Source of the DNA: Chiloscyllium plagiosum
Taxonomy: Eukaryota
Length of the DNA: 64,000 nucleotides
Assembly (NCBI RefSeq): GCF_004010195.1
Contig: NC_057718.1
Coordinates: 76,892,079-76,956,078 of the forward strand
Direction: 5' to 3'
Shown: in pieces, positions 24,400 to 37,936 of the stretch
Layout of the letters: each line of letters starts with the position of its first letter
How positions within the stretch are numbered: the first letter of the stretch is position 1
Notes under the pieces: model-generated
What the model was told of the DNA's origin: nothing
What the model saw: only the letters and a program-made list of their open reading frames with translations
The model's database searches: none
Position numbers and translations under genes: made by a program

Positions 24400-25510
24400 A
24401 TGCATTGTTAAGCCTGAGAGGCTAGAGAACTTGTTTAAAATCCATGTGTTTGGACGTGGTTAATACTTGTTATTTTGGTTAGACCTTTGTCATGTGACTC
24501 TTTTACCTATCATGTTGTTCCATCCATTTGGTTTGTCTCTAGCACCATCTTATTTTTGATTGTTTTGTAATTATCTTTCTGCCTTAATTATTCAGATCAT
24601 AGGTAATCCCGACATTTGCTGTTGACATTTTATTCATGCTGCTTGACAGTTTTGATCACCTGCAAAGACTTGTTACTCAGTCTGTCGGAACTCCAATCAC
24701 AGTATTTGTACTACCTTTTTAACACTCATAATTACCTGGAATTATCTTGCAATGTTGTCTTTCTCATACGCTGCAGGCAGGGATGCCCCGGGGCATGGTA
24801 TATTGGCAACACCATGCAGACGCTACAACAACTGATGAATGGACATCATGCAACTATCACCAAGCAAGAGTGTTCCTTCTCAGTCAGGAACACTTCAGCA
24901 ATCATGGACATTCAGCCTCTGACCTTCGGGTAAGTGTCCTCCTTCAAGATACACAATAATGCAGAATCGCTGAGCAGAAACTGATAACCAAGTTCCATAG
25001 CCATGAAGACGGCCTCAACTTTGATCTTGGGTTCATGTCACACTATATGATCTCAATACCTTTATTAGTTTGTACAGTTTTAGATTCCTTGTTATTTTGG
25101 TTAGACATTCATCATGTGACTCTTATACCTACCATGTTATTCCAGCCATTTGGTTTGTCTATAGCACCATATTTATTTTTGATTTTTTGTAATTATCTCT
25201 CTGCCTTAATTAATCAGATCATAGGTCATTCCTTCACTTACTGTTCAGCTGTTGATATTTTACTCACACCGTTTGACACTTTTAGTCAGCTGCATCCGTA
25301 CTTATAATTACACTCACAAACGCCTGGAATTATCCTGGATTGATCTCTCCACCTACAAACTCTGTGCCTGTGCACTTTCCTCCACTTCACGTGACGAAGG
25401 ATCAGTGCTCTTAAAGCTTGTGATTTTGAGTAAACCTGTTGGATTATAACCTGGTGTCTTGTGACTTCTGGCTTTGTCCACACCAGTCCAAAACCGGCAC
25501 TTCCACTCCA
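24400..25510 (+). mobile_element. Penelope-like element (family B relative), decayed GIY-YIG region with duplicated pLTR segments
   Basis: NVVFLIRCRQGCPGAWYIGNT in ORF 24616-24933. 24470-24660 is repeated at about 25090-25290. The 3' end has a degenerate hammerhead (CAC-GTGACGA-AGG..TAAAGCTTGTG) and the family-B tail. Confidence 0.8.
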
Positions 25511-27244
25511 TGAGCTATCCATCAAGACGTCTGGGTTCCTGCCCATGAAGCAGGGAGCCTTGTTTTTCTCTAGGATGTGTCCTGAATGTAGAAGCTTTGG
25601 TGATAGAATTGGGTGATAAGTTGTTCCTGGATTACATCACCTGAAGTGGTGTGCAGCTTTAAATATGGTGCTAGTGGTGTGCACCACAAAGTTCCAGTCA
25701 TAGCAAACACCATCTGTCTGCTATAACATTCTCCAGACATAATGCCCTGGAACCAGGTTGTATAATTCATGAGGTGAGGAGCAAAGACTGCATGAGAAAT
25801 TCACTCCAAGCCATTGTGGTCCAGGCACCAAGAATCTCATATGATGAAACACTTTAACTGAAAGTTGAAAATTTTTTTCTGGTAGGTCAGCAGTGATCAG
25901 AACCCTAGTTCAATATGATGTGAAATTGAATGAAAATGCAATGTTTGGCAGAAACAGCAGGACTTCTATGTTCAAGCATTTTTAGTTGGTGGGAGGATTT
26001 TTCTGTACATTTCAAACAACTTTTTCTCAACAGAAGATAAATAACTGTTCAAATAGTTTTGTGGGTTTTTTTTGCATTTTAAGAACAATGGTATAGTCAA
26101 CACAAGCAGAACAAAAAGAAATCATTTTGCTTTGCAGCAGAATATCTGACCTGTTGAAAGAGATTATCCAGAACACTTTTGTTTCCAAGTTCATGTTATA
26201 CACAAATTCCTTTCCTTTCAATGAGACAGCTGAGTGCAACTGCTTTAGTTCATGTATAGGTAAATAAAAATGCTTACACCACTTGTCAACCACTTGCATT
26301 TCGCTTTACACTGTTGTGGTTAATCTTTGGCTGAAGGTGTGAATTTCCTAAATTATGCTCAACATGGAAAGCTAAACAATATAAAAGCAAGAAGAGAGAA
26401 AAAAAACTCTTCCTGAGGGTTCTTGGTTTCATACTGATGCTTGGCCTATGCTCTGAATCAGAAAGATTTTGGAAAGGAGGGAGGATGTGTTAGTTGACTG
26501 CATTACCAGGCTGGGTAATGTGGAACAAGGAAGCAAAGTTTGTTGATAAATTAAAAAGAATCAGAAAATTCCGGTGGAACATCATCATCAGCATGATAAT
26601 GCTGACTAGTCTGTTTCTGTACTGACTAATGAGAATTGTTTCCTGCATTTAATGATATGGAATTAAATATAACACTGTGGTAGGGGTTGGTTTTCATTCT
26701 ATTTGAGAACGTAACAACTTCTCTGATTTAATGTTGCTGTAGTATATTGATCAAAGAAAGATTTACATACTCACTGCTTCTGCAAAGCATGGCAAGCCAA
26801 GGGCAGGCCTTGTGTGTCACATAAAATTAGCTTTGTTTTAAGTGGGTGAGGGGGTCCCTTGCTGATAGCAGTTCCTATCTTGCTGAAATATTTTGGGTCC
26901 CATAACATTACAAAATTTGTGTGGAAATACATGTTGAGCACAATTAATTTAATTACCTCTTGTGGTTGATACCCCACAACCGGTGATTCATCTGTGACCT
27001 GCTCCTTATGAATGTCTGAGTGGGAAGCAGCTCATCATCTGAAAATGGGAGTTCAAGTTGTACCAATGAAAATAACTGAAAACCCTCTATCAATGGGGAA
27101 AGCAGCAGCTGTCCCCATTTTTGTCAGTTCTCCAGTGCTCCAATACACAGTTTGTGGATGCAATTGTATCGCACCTACATCAACTAATGCAATAAGCTTT
27201 ATTGTCTCAGGAGTTTATTGTACAACCACACCAATTTCTGCTAT

Positions 27245-27565
27245 TGATTAATGATTTGAAATTAAATGTATAAGGCATCATTTCAAAGTTTGCAGATGAC
27301 ATAAAATGTGGAAATGTAATAAATAGCTAGGAAGATAGTATTGGACCAAAGGAGGTACTTTAATTCGGAGGAGAAGCTGGAGAAGCACCACACAGCAAAG
27401 AAGGTTAAGAGCAGTTTTAATGGAGGTGTTTAAAATTATGATTGGTTTTAATAGAGTAGATAGAGAAAATGATTCTATCATAAGAGGATGGATAACAGGA
27501 GAACACAGATTGAGATAATTTGCAAAAGAGCCAAAAGGAAATTAGGAAAACATATTTTTTTATAT
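27245..27565 (+). mobile_element. Old CR1 remnant
   Basis: ISKFADDIK motif and decayed CR1 C-terminal coding sequence. Confidence 0.6.
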
Positions 27566-27567
27566 GC

Positions 27568-27709
27568 CATGATGTGGAAGTGCTGGTATTGGACTGGGGT
27601 GGACGAAGTTGAAAATCACATGGCACCAAGTTATAGGCCAATAGGTTTATTTGAAAATATAAGCTCTTGGAGCGCTGCACCTTTGTCAGGTAGCTAGTGG
27701 GGCAGGAAC
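27568..27709 (-). mobile_element. PLE family-B pseudo-LTR fragment (decayed hammerhead)
   Basis: TTGGACTGGGGTGGAC..AAAATCAC..GTTATAG..GGTTTATTTG..AAGCTCTTGGAGCGCTGCACCTTTGTCAGGT. Confidence 0.7.
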
Positions 27710-28273
27710 TTGTTAACCAGTCTACCATGACGAACCTTGTCAAACACCTCACTGACATCCATATAGATCACTTTTACCGCTCTGCCGTCATCAATCCTCT
27801 TTGTTACTTCTTCAAAAAGCTCAATCAAGTTAGTGCAACATGATTTCCCATGCACAAAGCCACATTGACTATCCCTAATCAGTCCTTGTCTTTTCAAATA
27901 CATGTAAATCCTGTCTCTCAGGATTCCCTCCAACAACCTGTCCACCACCCATGTCAGACTCACCAGTCTATAGTTCCCTGGTTTGTCCTTACTACTTTTC
28001 TTAAATAGTAGCAACGCATTAGCCAACCTCCAGTCTTCCAGCACCTCAGTTGTGACTATCGATGATACAAATATCTCAGCAAGGGGACCAGCAATCACTT
28101 GCCAAGCTTCCCACAGAGTTCTAGGGTACACCAGGTCAGGTTCTGGGGATTTGTCAATTTTTATATGATTTAAGACATCCAGCATCAACTCCTCTGATAT
28201 GGACATTTTTCAAGATGTCATCATCTATTTCCCCACTTTGTATATCTTCCATGTGCTTCTCCACAGTAATGAT

Positions 28274-28623
28274 GGGCTGCATGGTGGCCCTGTGGTTAAG
28301 ACTGGTGCCTCACAGCACCAAGGCTGCGGGTTAGATTCCAGCCTCAGGCGACTGTCTGTTTGGAGTTTGCACATTCTCCTCATGTCTGCGTGGGTTTCCA
28401 TCAGGTGCTACAGTTTCCTCCCACCATCCATGTGCAGGTTAGGTGAATTGGACATACTAAATTGCCTATAGTGTTCAGCAATGTGTAGGCTAGGTGCATT
28501 AGTCAGGGGAAATGTACAGTTTTATGGGCTGAGCAATGAATCTGGTTGGGATACTCTTTGGATAGTCAGTGTGGACTTGTTGGGCCAAATGGCCTGTTTC
28601 CACGCTGCAGGGATTCTATGATG
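28274..28623 (+). mobile_element. Older HE1-type V-SINE inserted in CR1
   Basis: Decayed tRNA head, V-domain GGAGTTTGCACATTCTCC..GTCTGCGTGGGTTTCC and CR1 tail. Confidence 0.88.
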
Positions 28624-30188
28624 CAAAATACTCATTTAGTATCTCCCCAATTTCCTGCAGTTCCACACATAGGCTGCCTTGCTGATCTTTAAGGGGCCAT
28701 ATTCTCTCACTAGTTACCCTTTTATCCTTAATGCATTCATAAAATCCTTTTGGATTTTCCTTAACCATATTTGCCAAAGCTATCTCACGTTCCTGTTTGC
28801 TCTCCTGGCTTCCCTCTTAAGTATACTCCTACTGCTTTTATACTCTTCTAAGGAGTCACTCGATCTATCCTGTCTATACCTGATATATGCTTCCTTCTTT
28901 TTCTTAACCAAACCCTGAATTTCTCTAGTCATCCAGCATTCCCTACACCTACCAGCCTTTCCTTACCCCCTAACATGAATATACTGTCTCTGGACTCTTG
29001 CTATCTCATTTCTGAAGGCTTCCCATTTTCTAGCCATCCCTTTACCTGCGAACATCTTCCCCCAATCAACTTTTGAAAGTTCTTGCCGGGCCATCCACAT
29101 ACTGAATCAGAAAATTGTCTTGTACACACTTAACAAATTCCTCTCCATCTAAACCCTTAACAATATGGCAGTCCCAGTCTATGTTTAGAAAGTTAAAATC
29201 CTCTACCATAACCACCCCATTATTCTTACAGATAACTGAGATCTCCTTACAAATTTGTTTCTCAATTTCCCTCTAACTATTAGGGGGTCTGTAATACAAT
29301 CCCCATAAGATGATCATCCCTTTCTTATTTCTCAGTTCCACCCAAATAACGTCCTTGGATGTATTTCCAGGAATATCCTCTCCAAGTACAGCTGTAGTGC
29401 TATCCCTTATCAAAAATACCAACTCCCTCCTCTCTTGCCCCCGTTTCTATCCTTCCTATTGCATTTGTATTCTGGAACATTAAGCTGCCAGTCCTGTCCA
29501 TCCCTGAGCCATGTTTCTGTAATTGCTATGATACCCGAGTCCCATGTTCCTAACCATACCCTGAGTTCATCTGCCTTCCTTGTTAGGCCTCTTGCATTTA
29601 AATAAATGCAGTTTAATTGGTCAGTCCTACCTTGTTCTCTGCTTTGTTCTTGCCTACCCTGACAGTTTGACTCACTCCTTTTCCAAAATGTACCAGTGTC
29701 AGATTGATCTCTTTCCTCACTATCTCCCTGGGTTCCATCATCCCCATCCCTACCGCCCCCAACACCCCCATCCCCCCACCTTACTAGTTTACATCCTCCT
29801 GAGCAGCTCTAGCAAATCTCCCTGTCAGTATATTAGTCCCCTTCCAATTTACGTGCAATCTGTCCTTCTTGTACAGGTCACTTCTACCCCAAAAGAGATT
29901 CCAATGATCCAAAAATGCAAATCCTTCTCCCCTGCACCAGCTCCTCAGCCACGCTTTCATTTGCTCAATCCTTCTATTCCTGCCCTCACTAGCTCGTAGC
30001 ACCGGGAGTAGTCCAGATATTACTACCCTCGAGGACCTCCTTTTTAAATTCCTGCCTAACATTCCATATTCTCCTTTCAAAATCTCATCCTTTTCCCTTC
30101 CTATGTCATTATTTCGAAAGTGTACAACGTCCTCCTGCTAGTCCTTCTCCACTTTGAGAACATTCTACACCCTTTCTGAGATATTTAC

Positions 30189-30510
30189 AGATTAGATTAG
30201 ATTACTTACAGTGTGGAAAGAGGCCCTTCGGCCCAACAAGTCCACACCGACCCACCGAAGCGCAACCCATCCAGACCCATTCCCCTACATTTACCCCTTC
30301 ACCTAGTGCTACGGGCAATTTAGCCTGGCCAATTTACCTAACCTGCACCATTTTGGATTGTGGGAGGAAACCGGAGCACCCGGAAGAAACCCATGCAGAC
30401 ACGGTGAGAATGTGCAAACTCCACACAGAGAGTCGCCTGAGGCGGGAATTGAACCCAGGTCTCTGGTGTTGTGAGGCAGCAGTGCTAACCACTGTGCCAC
30501 CGTGCCGCCC
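30189..30510 (-). mobile_element. HE1-type V-SINE inserted in CR1 ORF1
   Basis: Reverse complement of the 22783 type, from (GATTA)n to ...GTGCCACCGTGCCGCCC. Confidence 0.93.
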
Positions 30511-30913
30511 AACTCCTTGATCCTGGCACCAGGAGGCAACACACCATTCTGATTTTTAGCTGCTGGCCGCAGAAATGTCTGTCTGTGCCTCTGTCTAGAG
30601 AGTCCCCAAACACAATTGATCGCTCATTACATAAGAGCCATTCTCGGTACCAGAAACTTGGCTGTTCGTGCTACATTCCCCTGCGAATCCATCATCCCCT
30701 ACATTTTCCAAAACAGCATACTTGTTTGAGATGGGGATAGCCACAGGAGACTCCTGCACTACCTGCCTCCCTCTCCTACCTTTCCTAGAGTTAACCCATC
30801 TATGTAACTGTACCTGTGGCTTTCCTCCCTTCCTATAATTGCCATCCATCACACCCCCTAGCTCCTGTAAGTTCCTCATTGCCTGTAACTGCCACTCCAA
30901 CCAATCAATAATT

Positions 30914-31588
30914 TGCAGTAGATAGGATAGTGAGGAAGGTGTTTGATATGCTTTCCTTTATTTGCCAGAGTATTGAGTATAGGAGTTGAGAGGTCGTTGC
31001 GGCTGTATGGGACATTGTTTAGGCCACTTTTGGAATATTATGTGCAGTTCTGGTCTCCCTCCTATCAGAAGGCTATTCAGAAACTTCAAAACCCTCAGAA
31101 AAGATTTACAAGGCTGTTGTCAGTGTTGGAGGATTTGAGCTATAGGGAGTAGCTGAATAGGCTGGGGCTGCTTTCCCTGGAGCATTGGAGGCTGAGGGGT
31201 GACCTTATAGAGGTTCATAAAATCATGAGGGGCATGGATAGGGTAAATAGGCAAAGTCTTTCCCATGGGGTGGGGGAGTCCAGAACTAGAGGGCATAGGT
31301 TTAGGGTTTAGGGTGAGAGGGGAAAGATATAGCAGAGACCTAAGGGGCAACGTTTTCATGCAAAGAGTGGTGCGTGTATGGATTCAACTGACAGGGAAAG
31401 TGGTGGAGGCTGGTATAATCACAATATTTAAAAGGCATCTGGACAGGTATATGAATAGGAAGGGCTTAGAGGGATATTGGTCAAGTGCTGGCAAATGGGA
31501 CTAGATTACGTTAGGATATCTAGTCAGCATGGACAAGTTGGACCAAAAGATCTGTTTCCATGCTGTATATCTCTATGACTCTATGACT
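30914..31588 (+). mobile_element. CR1 LINE 3' end
   Basis: RPLLEYYVQFWSP and RDLRGNVFMQRVV motifs, ending in the (CTATGACT)n tail. Confidence 0.92.
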
Positions 31589-32865
31589 GACAACTTAGCA
31601 GCTGCCATGGAGAACCAGGTCGAGAAGTCTCAGAGCCTGCTGGATATGAACACTGACCTGCACACCATAGTATATTGCTCAATATCAACAACAAGGACAA
31701 GGATACAAGGGCCATGTTAACCTCACTCAAGGTGCCCTTCCTCAGAAGGAGACTGGGTGGTGCCAGTAGGAACCCAGCTAGAGGAGAAACTACACACAAA
31801 TCACCCAGAAATCTCCTCTTCCAGCACTCCTCCTTGTCATCCTCCCTGTCAGCTACACTCAGGCCTGTGGAAATCCAAATCAAAGATGTTTTATCTGCCT
31901 CTGGAAAAGACACACTCAGCATGTCTGGGCCCATTACACACAAACACCCCTGGGGTCAGTGACCCAAGCTCTAAGGCCAATGCAGTTTCCCTCCAACTCA
32001 GCTGCAGACACCAGGATTGCACCAAGGTGTAGTGAGAAGGAGAGAAAGAAGGAAACCTTGTGGGCACATTGGTGAGATGCCTAACATGGCTTGATTCTCA
32101 GATCTGTAAATATCTGTTTACCTCTGACACTCATCTGTTTATGTTAATGTATGTATAGCCAAAAACACAGGGCACCTATAATTATCTGCAGACTCAGGCC
32201 CGTGGTTTGAGGCATGGAGTGAGCAGCTGCTGGCCCTTGAGCAGGCAAACAGAAGGAGTCTAGGCAGCCAGCCTCTGTCTTTCCAGGTGAAAATACATCG
32301 TTATTTCATTACAGCTATTTGTGGGCTTCAGCCAATCATCTGCATGAAATGGTCAGGAGGGCTTTGGGTAAAGAGTTTGACTACACACAGGGGATGGATA
32401 TCTTAGGATTACAGCGAATGCTGAGCTTGCAAGTTTGTTTCACCTTTCACAGAGGAGTGATGTTTGGAAGAGGGAGGTGTCACTTTGTGTAGCCCTTTGA
32501 TCGGCCCCATGTATCTATAATTTACACAAAACCTGCAACCTTTCTCACAGATGGCAGCACTCAGAGTGCAATCCCAGCCATTTTCATTTCCATTGCCTCA
32601 CTGTGTTGGTGAAGACCCCCAAAAATCACCATCCCCTTCCTGGTAGGCCTCTCCCTAAAACTACAGGTGTCACACATCTTCAAGTCTCCAAAAACCTATG
32701 TAAACTGAGACCTTATGTGCCTCCAGCCCAGGCATATGAGATGAAGGTGTCACATCGTTACTGCCCTTCCTAGAAGTCAGCTGCTGCTCACTGTTGACAA
32801 TGATACATCTTGCATTAATTTGTACCCTCCCATACTGTATCATCTCTACTCCACTTATATATTGA

Positions 32866-34146
32866 GTTATAGAGTCATTGCATCATAGAGTCATACAGCA
32901 CGGATACAGATGATTTGGTCCAATCAGTCTATGCCAACCATAATCCCAAACTAAACTGATCCCACTTGCCTGTGCTTGGCCCATATCCTTCCAAACCTTT
33001 CTTATTCATGTATTTATCTCATGTCTTTTAAACGTCGTAATCGTGCCCACATCCACCACTTCCTCAAGAATTTCATTCCACAAGTGAACACACACAAATC
33101 TGTGTGCAAACTTTGCCTTCATGTCTTTTGTAAATCTTTCTCCTTTCACATTAAAGAGATGTCCCCTAGACTTGAAATCCCCTACCTCAGAGAAAGTAAA
33201 CCTTTCATTTACCTTATCTGTACATTTCATGATTTTATAAACACTTATAAGGTTACCCTCAACCTCTAAAACTCCAGTGAAAGAAGTCCCAACCTATTCA
33301 GCCTCTCTTTATAACTCAAACCCCCCATTCCCAGCAACATCCTAGTAAACCTCTTCTGAATCCTCTCCAGCTTAACAATATCCTTCCGATAATAGTTCGG
33401 CCACTGTTGGAATATTGCATGCAATTCTGGTCTCCTTCCTATTGGAAAGATGTGAAACTTGAAAGGATTCAGAAAATATTTACAAGGATGTTGCCAGGGT
33501 TGGAGGATTTGAGCTGGAGCTGTTTTCCCTGGAGGGTCGGAGGCTGAGGGGTGACCTTATAAAGGTTTACAAAATTATGAGGGGCACGTATAGGGTAAAT
33601 AGGCAAAGTGTTTTCCCTGGGGTCAGTGAGTCCAGAACTAGAGGGCATCGGTTTAGGGTGAGAGGGGAAGGATATAAAAGGGCAACTTTTTCACACAAAG
33701 AGTGGTACGTGTATAGAATGAGCTGCCAGAGGCAGTGGTGGAGGCTGGTACAATTGCAACATTTAAGATGCATTTGGAAGGGTATATGAATAGGAAGGGT
33801 TTGGAGGGATATGGGCCGGGTGCTGTCAGGTGGGACTAGATTGGGTTGGGAGATCTATGACTATAATAGAATGACCAGAATTGGACACAGTACTCTAGAA
33901 AAGGCCTCACCATGACGTCCCAACTCCTATTCAAAGGTCTAAGCAATGAAGGCAAGCATGCTAACTGCCTTCATAATCATCCTGCCTACATGTGATGCAA
34001 ATTTAAAAGAATTATGTACCTGAACCCCTCGGTCTCTCTGTTCTATAACACCACCCACAGCCCTACTTTCAATTGTAAAAGTCCTGCCCTTGTTTGTTTT
34101 TACCAAAATACAATATTCTGCATTTATCCAAATTAAACCCCATCTG
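32866..34146 (-). mobile_element. CR1 3' fragment interrupted by an opposite-strand CR1
   Basis: (ATAGAGTC)n tail at the left and ORF 33006-33230 with CR1 C-terminal motifs. The sequence resumes after 33863. Confidence 0.85.
33396..33862 (+). mobile_element. CR1 3' fragment nested in CR1
   Basis: RPLLEYCMQFWSP and SRTRGHRFRVRG motifs. Flanking direct repeat ATAATAG (33389-33395 / 33863-33869). Confidence 0.85.
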
Positions 34147-34840
34147 AATTGTCCCCTTTCATGGTTGTAACCCCCTTTTCATCCCAGTGTACTGCCTCCA
34201 GTCCCTACCATTAGGTTCCTCAGCCTCTCTCTTGCAGCAGTGGCCCCTGATAAGTCCCAAGTGATGAGCGACCAGACCCCTGTCAACTGTGTTCCTGCAA
34301 CTCCACAGGCTGACCAGGGCCCACTCCCCAAGATTCACTGACTGCACTGGACTCAGAGGCTGACCATGACCACTCCCCAGACTGTGAAGGTACAAACTCT
34401 CCCACCTTGACTGCATCAACCAGATGCATGACTGTGCCCAAGTTTTGGGACTGATCTCAGAGGCTGCCCTTGAATTACTGTGCTGTGAGACCTGACTTGG
34501 ACTTGAGTGAAAACTACTCCTTTAAGGTGTTGAGACATGGCCGTTAGCCTGAAGCACATGCAGTGTGTTTTCTGCATTAGCTACTGGCACATGGTGTAGA
34601 TGTGAGAGTGAAATAGCTGTGGGCATTGGGGGCATGTGACCACTGCCCAGGAGTGGGGGCAGTGCCCTCAGACATTGGTGCTATGTCCAAGATGGCAGAC
34701 CAGAGGATTACAAAATGAGCTGGAATTTCTAGCCACCCACTCTGAGCTTCAAATCAGGAATTCTCAGCATGTCCCTCCTGTCCCTGTCCCTCCCATGGTA
34801 TAATAGGAACCTACATTTTAATGAGGTGAAATTTCTAGTT

Positions 34841-35428
34841 TGTTTTAGACCAGGCCAGACCCCCTCAAAATATTTTAAGAAGGTAGCCTAGACCTGAATA
34901 TTTTCTTTTTTTAAAGGCAGATGTGAAGTGGATAGTCCAGCTGGGATGCAGCTTGTCAAACCACTCGGCTTTAAGCAAAACAATTTATTTAAACACTACA
35001 GTTGAAACACGAACAAAAGAAAACAGAATTTAGAATATCTTAACTATTGGGAAACTTAACTAAATTGATAAGCAACTTAACTGAGGAACTGTTCCAATCC
35101 AGTAACATTCCATAAACACACCCCTTGGCAAAAATGTAAATTGAAACACAGATTCTTACAGGCAAGAGGGAACAACTTCCTAAGAGATTTCAGAGAGAAA
35201 AGCAGTCAGGAATCATCTGCTGAAACTATAAGCTTTCCCGGACTCCAGCATCTTGTTATTGCCACAGCTAAACCAAACTAGAAAAAACCCGAACTGGGAG
35301 AACTGGCCACTCCCCTGCCATTGTTAAACTGGGCTCTTCCTAGACCCCTCGGCACCTCTGCCTTTACAACCTCTCTTAAAAAAGACCCATGGACAAAATA
35401 ACTTTGTTAAAGTGACAACATTGTCACA
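34841..35428 (-). repeat. 3' LTR
   Basis: TG...CA termini, homologous to 43012-43552. A purine-rich tract lies adjacent on the minus strand (rc of CATACTCCCTTAAAAAA). Confidence 0.9.
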
Positions 35429-37475
35429 CATACTCCCTTAAAAAATGAACCATCAATGTACAAAGGTGGCTTTATTGTAAACACCTTTGTCTTACTCTGT
35501 TAGTACACAACAGTACATATACATTATATTGTCTGTAACCATACAAACATTAACTATGATATTCTATTTCAGTCTGTTTACTCCTGCCCTTAAACACCTC
35601 AGTTTTTCATCCAAGTCTCAACAATTCATCAGCAATTACATTCTCTTGTTCTGTCACATGTATAATTTTCAAATTGAATGGCTATAATAAAAAGCTTCAT
35701 CTAAAGAGTCTGGAACTTGTATCCTTAAATTTCTCCAAAACCTTTAATGGATTATGATCAGTATATATAATTGTCTCAGACAAATTTCTGGCAATATAAA
35801 CATTGAACTGTTGTAATACCAACACCAAGCTCAAGGTCGCCTTCTCAACTGTTGAATGTTTCTGTTGATGAATGTTCAATTTCCTGGAGAAATATCTGAT
35901 AGATCTTTCTATCTTCTCATTGTCTTCTTGTAAGAGTACACTGACACCCACATCACTTGCATTGATAGCCATCTTGAATGGTTTGCGTAATTAGGTGTGG
36001 CTAATACTGGGGAAGTGGTTAACACGGCTTTCAGGCTGTCAAATACCTTCTAACAATCTGCAGTCCACTGAAACGTCCTGCATTTCTTTAGTAATTCAGT
36101 GAGTGGAGCAGCCACACTGTTAAAGTTTGGGACAAATTTCCGATAGAACCTATTCAATCCCAGGAATCCTAGTACTGCTCTCTTCGTCTAAGGTGTGGGA
36201 AACTCCCCAATAACGTCTGTTTTCACATTCCATTAGGCCATGTGTCCTTGTCTGATAACATGGTCCAGGAAGGTGACTTGGGCTTTAGCAAATTCACTCT
36301 TAGTCAGGTTTACCACCAAGCCTGCCTCCCAAAGTCGATTGAATAATTCCGATAAATTCTGCAAATGTTCCTTCCATGTGTGACTAAAAATCACCAGATT
36401 ACTAATGTATACCATACAATTGGGTAATCCAGAAATTACTTTATTGGTTAATCTTTGAAATGTGACTGGTGCATTCTTCATACCAAATGGCATGACTTTA
36501 AATTGATAAAGGTCCATCTGCATTACAAAAGCCAAAATTGTCTTTGCTCTTTTAGATAAAATTCCCATCAAAATCTTCTGAGTAAATCCAACTTAGAGAA
36601 ACATACATTGCTTATCGGGCCTTCTCAATATAGTCTTCCAAATGTGGAATTGGATATGAATCAGACTTTGTAAATGCATTTGCTTTGTGATGGTCTACAC
36701 ATAACTGTTGGCTACCATCTGGTTTTGGCACCATTACTATGGGTGAGCTCCAGTCACTGAAACTTACTTTGATTCTGTTGCCTTGGAGCATGCATTAAAT
36801 CTTTTTTTTGAAACTATGCCAAATTTAGAGGGTTAAGTCTTTAAGAATGATGTTTAATTGGAACAGCATTTCCTATATCTACATCATGCATAATTAGTTT
36901 AGTCCTTCCCACTTTCTTTCCACATATCTCCCTATATAATAGCAATAACTCTTTCAGGTCATTTCCATTTTCCTCTGGAAGGTAACTTAATTCATTATCC
37001 CAATTTTTCACAACTTTCTCATTCTCCAATTTAACTTGCGAAATGTCCAATGCAGAATCCTCTAAACTTGGTTATTTATTCTGTGTTGTAACCAATAATA
37101 CATGCTCCTTTTTCTTTCCTTCCCTATTGAAATACTTTTTGAGCATATTCATATGACACTCTGTGAGATTCATTTTTGTCTGCAGTCTTTATCAAATAGC
37201 TCACCTTACTCAATCTCCTTTTGACATGATAAGGCCCATAAAACTTTGCTTTTAAAGGTTCAGCTACCACTGGAAGTAACACTAACACGCTACCTTTGTT
37301 CGCAAAACTGCGAGTTTTTCATATCTTGTCTGCTTCCTGTTTGATTATATAATGTGATATTTTAAATGCTGTCTATCCAACTCCCCACACTCTGTTTAAC
37401 ACTTCCCTAAAATTTGACACATAACTAAATATGGGGAGTCTGAATTCTGACTCAACAATTTCTCCTTCATGAATT

Positions 37476-37935
37476 TTAGTGGTCCTCTCACCTACAGTGG
37501 GGAGACAGGACGCCTACCCATGGAACGTTTCAGGGATCATCTCTGGGACACATGTAACAAACAACCCCATCACCTTGTGGCCAGCCACTTCAACTCCCCC
37601 TCCCACTCTGCCAAGGACATGCAAGTCCTGGGCCTCCTCCACTGCCAAATCCAAGCCACCCGACGCCTGGAGGAAGAACACCTCATCTTCTGCCTTACAA
37701 CCATACGGCATCAACGTCAATTTCACCAGTATCCTCATCTCCCCTCCCCCCACCTCATCCCAGATTCAACCATCCAACTCAGCACCACCCTCTTAAACTG
37801 TCCCACGTGTTCATCTTCCTTCCCAGCTATCTGCTGCACCCTCCACTCTGACCTCAGAATCACCCCCCACCTCCATCTAACTATTGCTTTCCCAGCTACC
37901 TTCTCCCCAGTCCCATCCCCACAATCATATTTATC
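37476..37935 (+). mobile_element. PLE family-A fragment (GIY-YIG C-terminus) nested in the Gypsy element
   Basis: LTYSGETGR..RFRDHL..HFNSPSHSAKDMQVLGL..RRLEEEHLIF in ORF 37469-37945. Confidence 0.88.
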
Positions 37936-37936
37936 C

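Larger units (their letters stand above)
27710..30905 (-). mobile_element. CR1 LINE, ORF1 (esterase-like) plus 5' half of ORF2, decayed
   Basis: ORF 29784-30080 has VVISGLLPV..FLDHWNLFWGRSDLYKKDRLH (CR1 ORF1 SGNH esterase). ORF 27694-28206 has DKSPEPD..GNYRLVSLT..SQCGF..GKSC..FDKV (RT). Confidence 0.92.

Noticed and set aside
26280..26970. RUNX-site cluster as an enhancer
   Set aside because: A few 6-7-mers in 700 bp cannot be told from chance without conservation data.
27694..28206. Intact reverse transcriptase or domesticated gene
   Set aside because: It is a fragment of a decayed CR1 ORF2, interrupted by a SINE and truncated before the catalytic aspartates.
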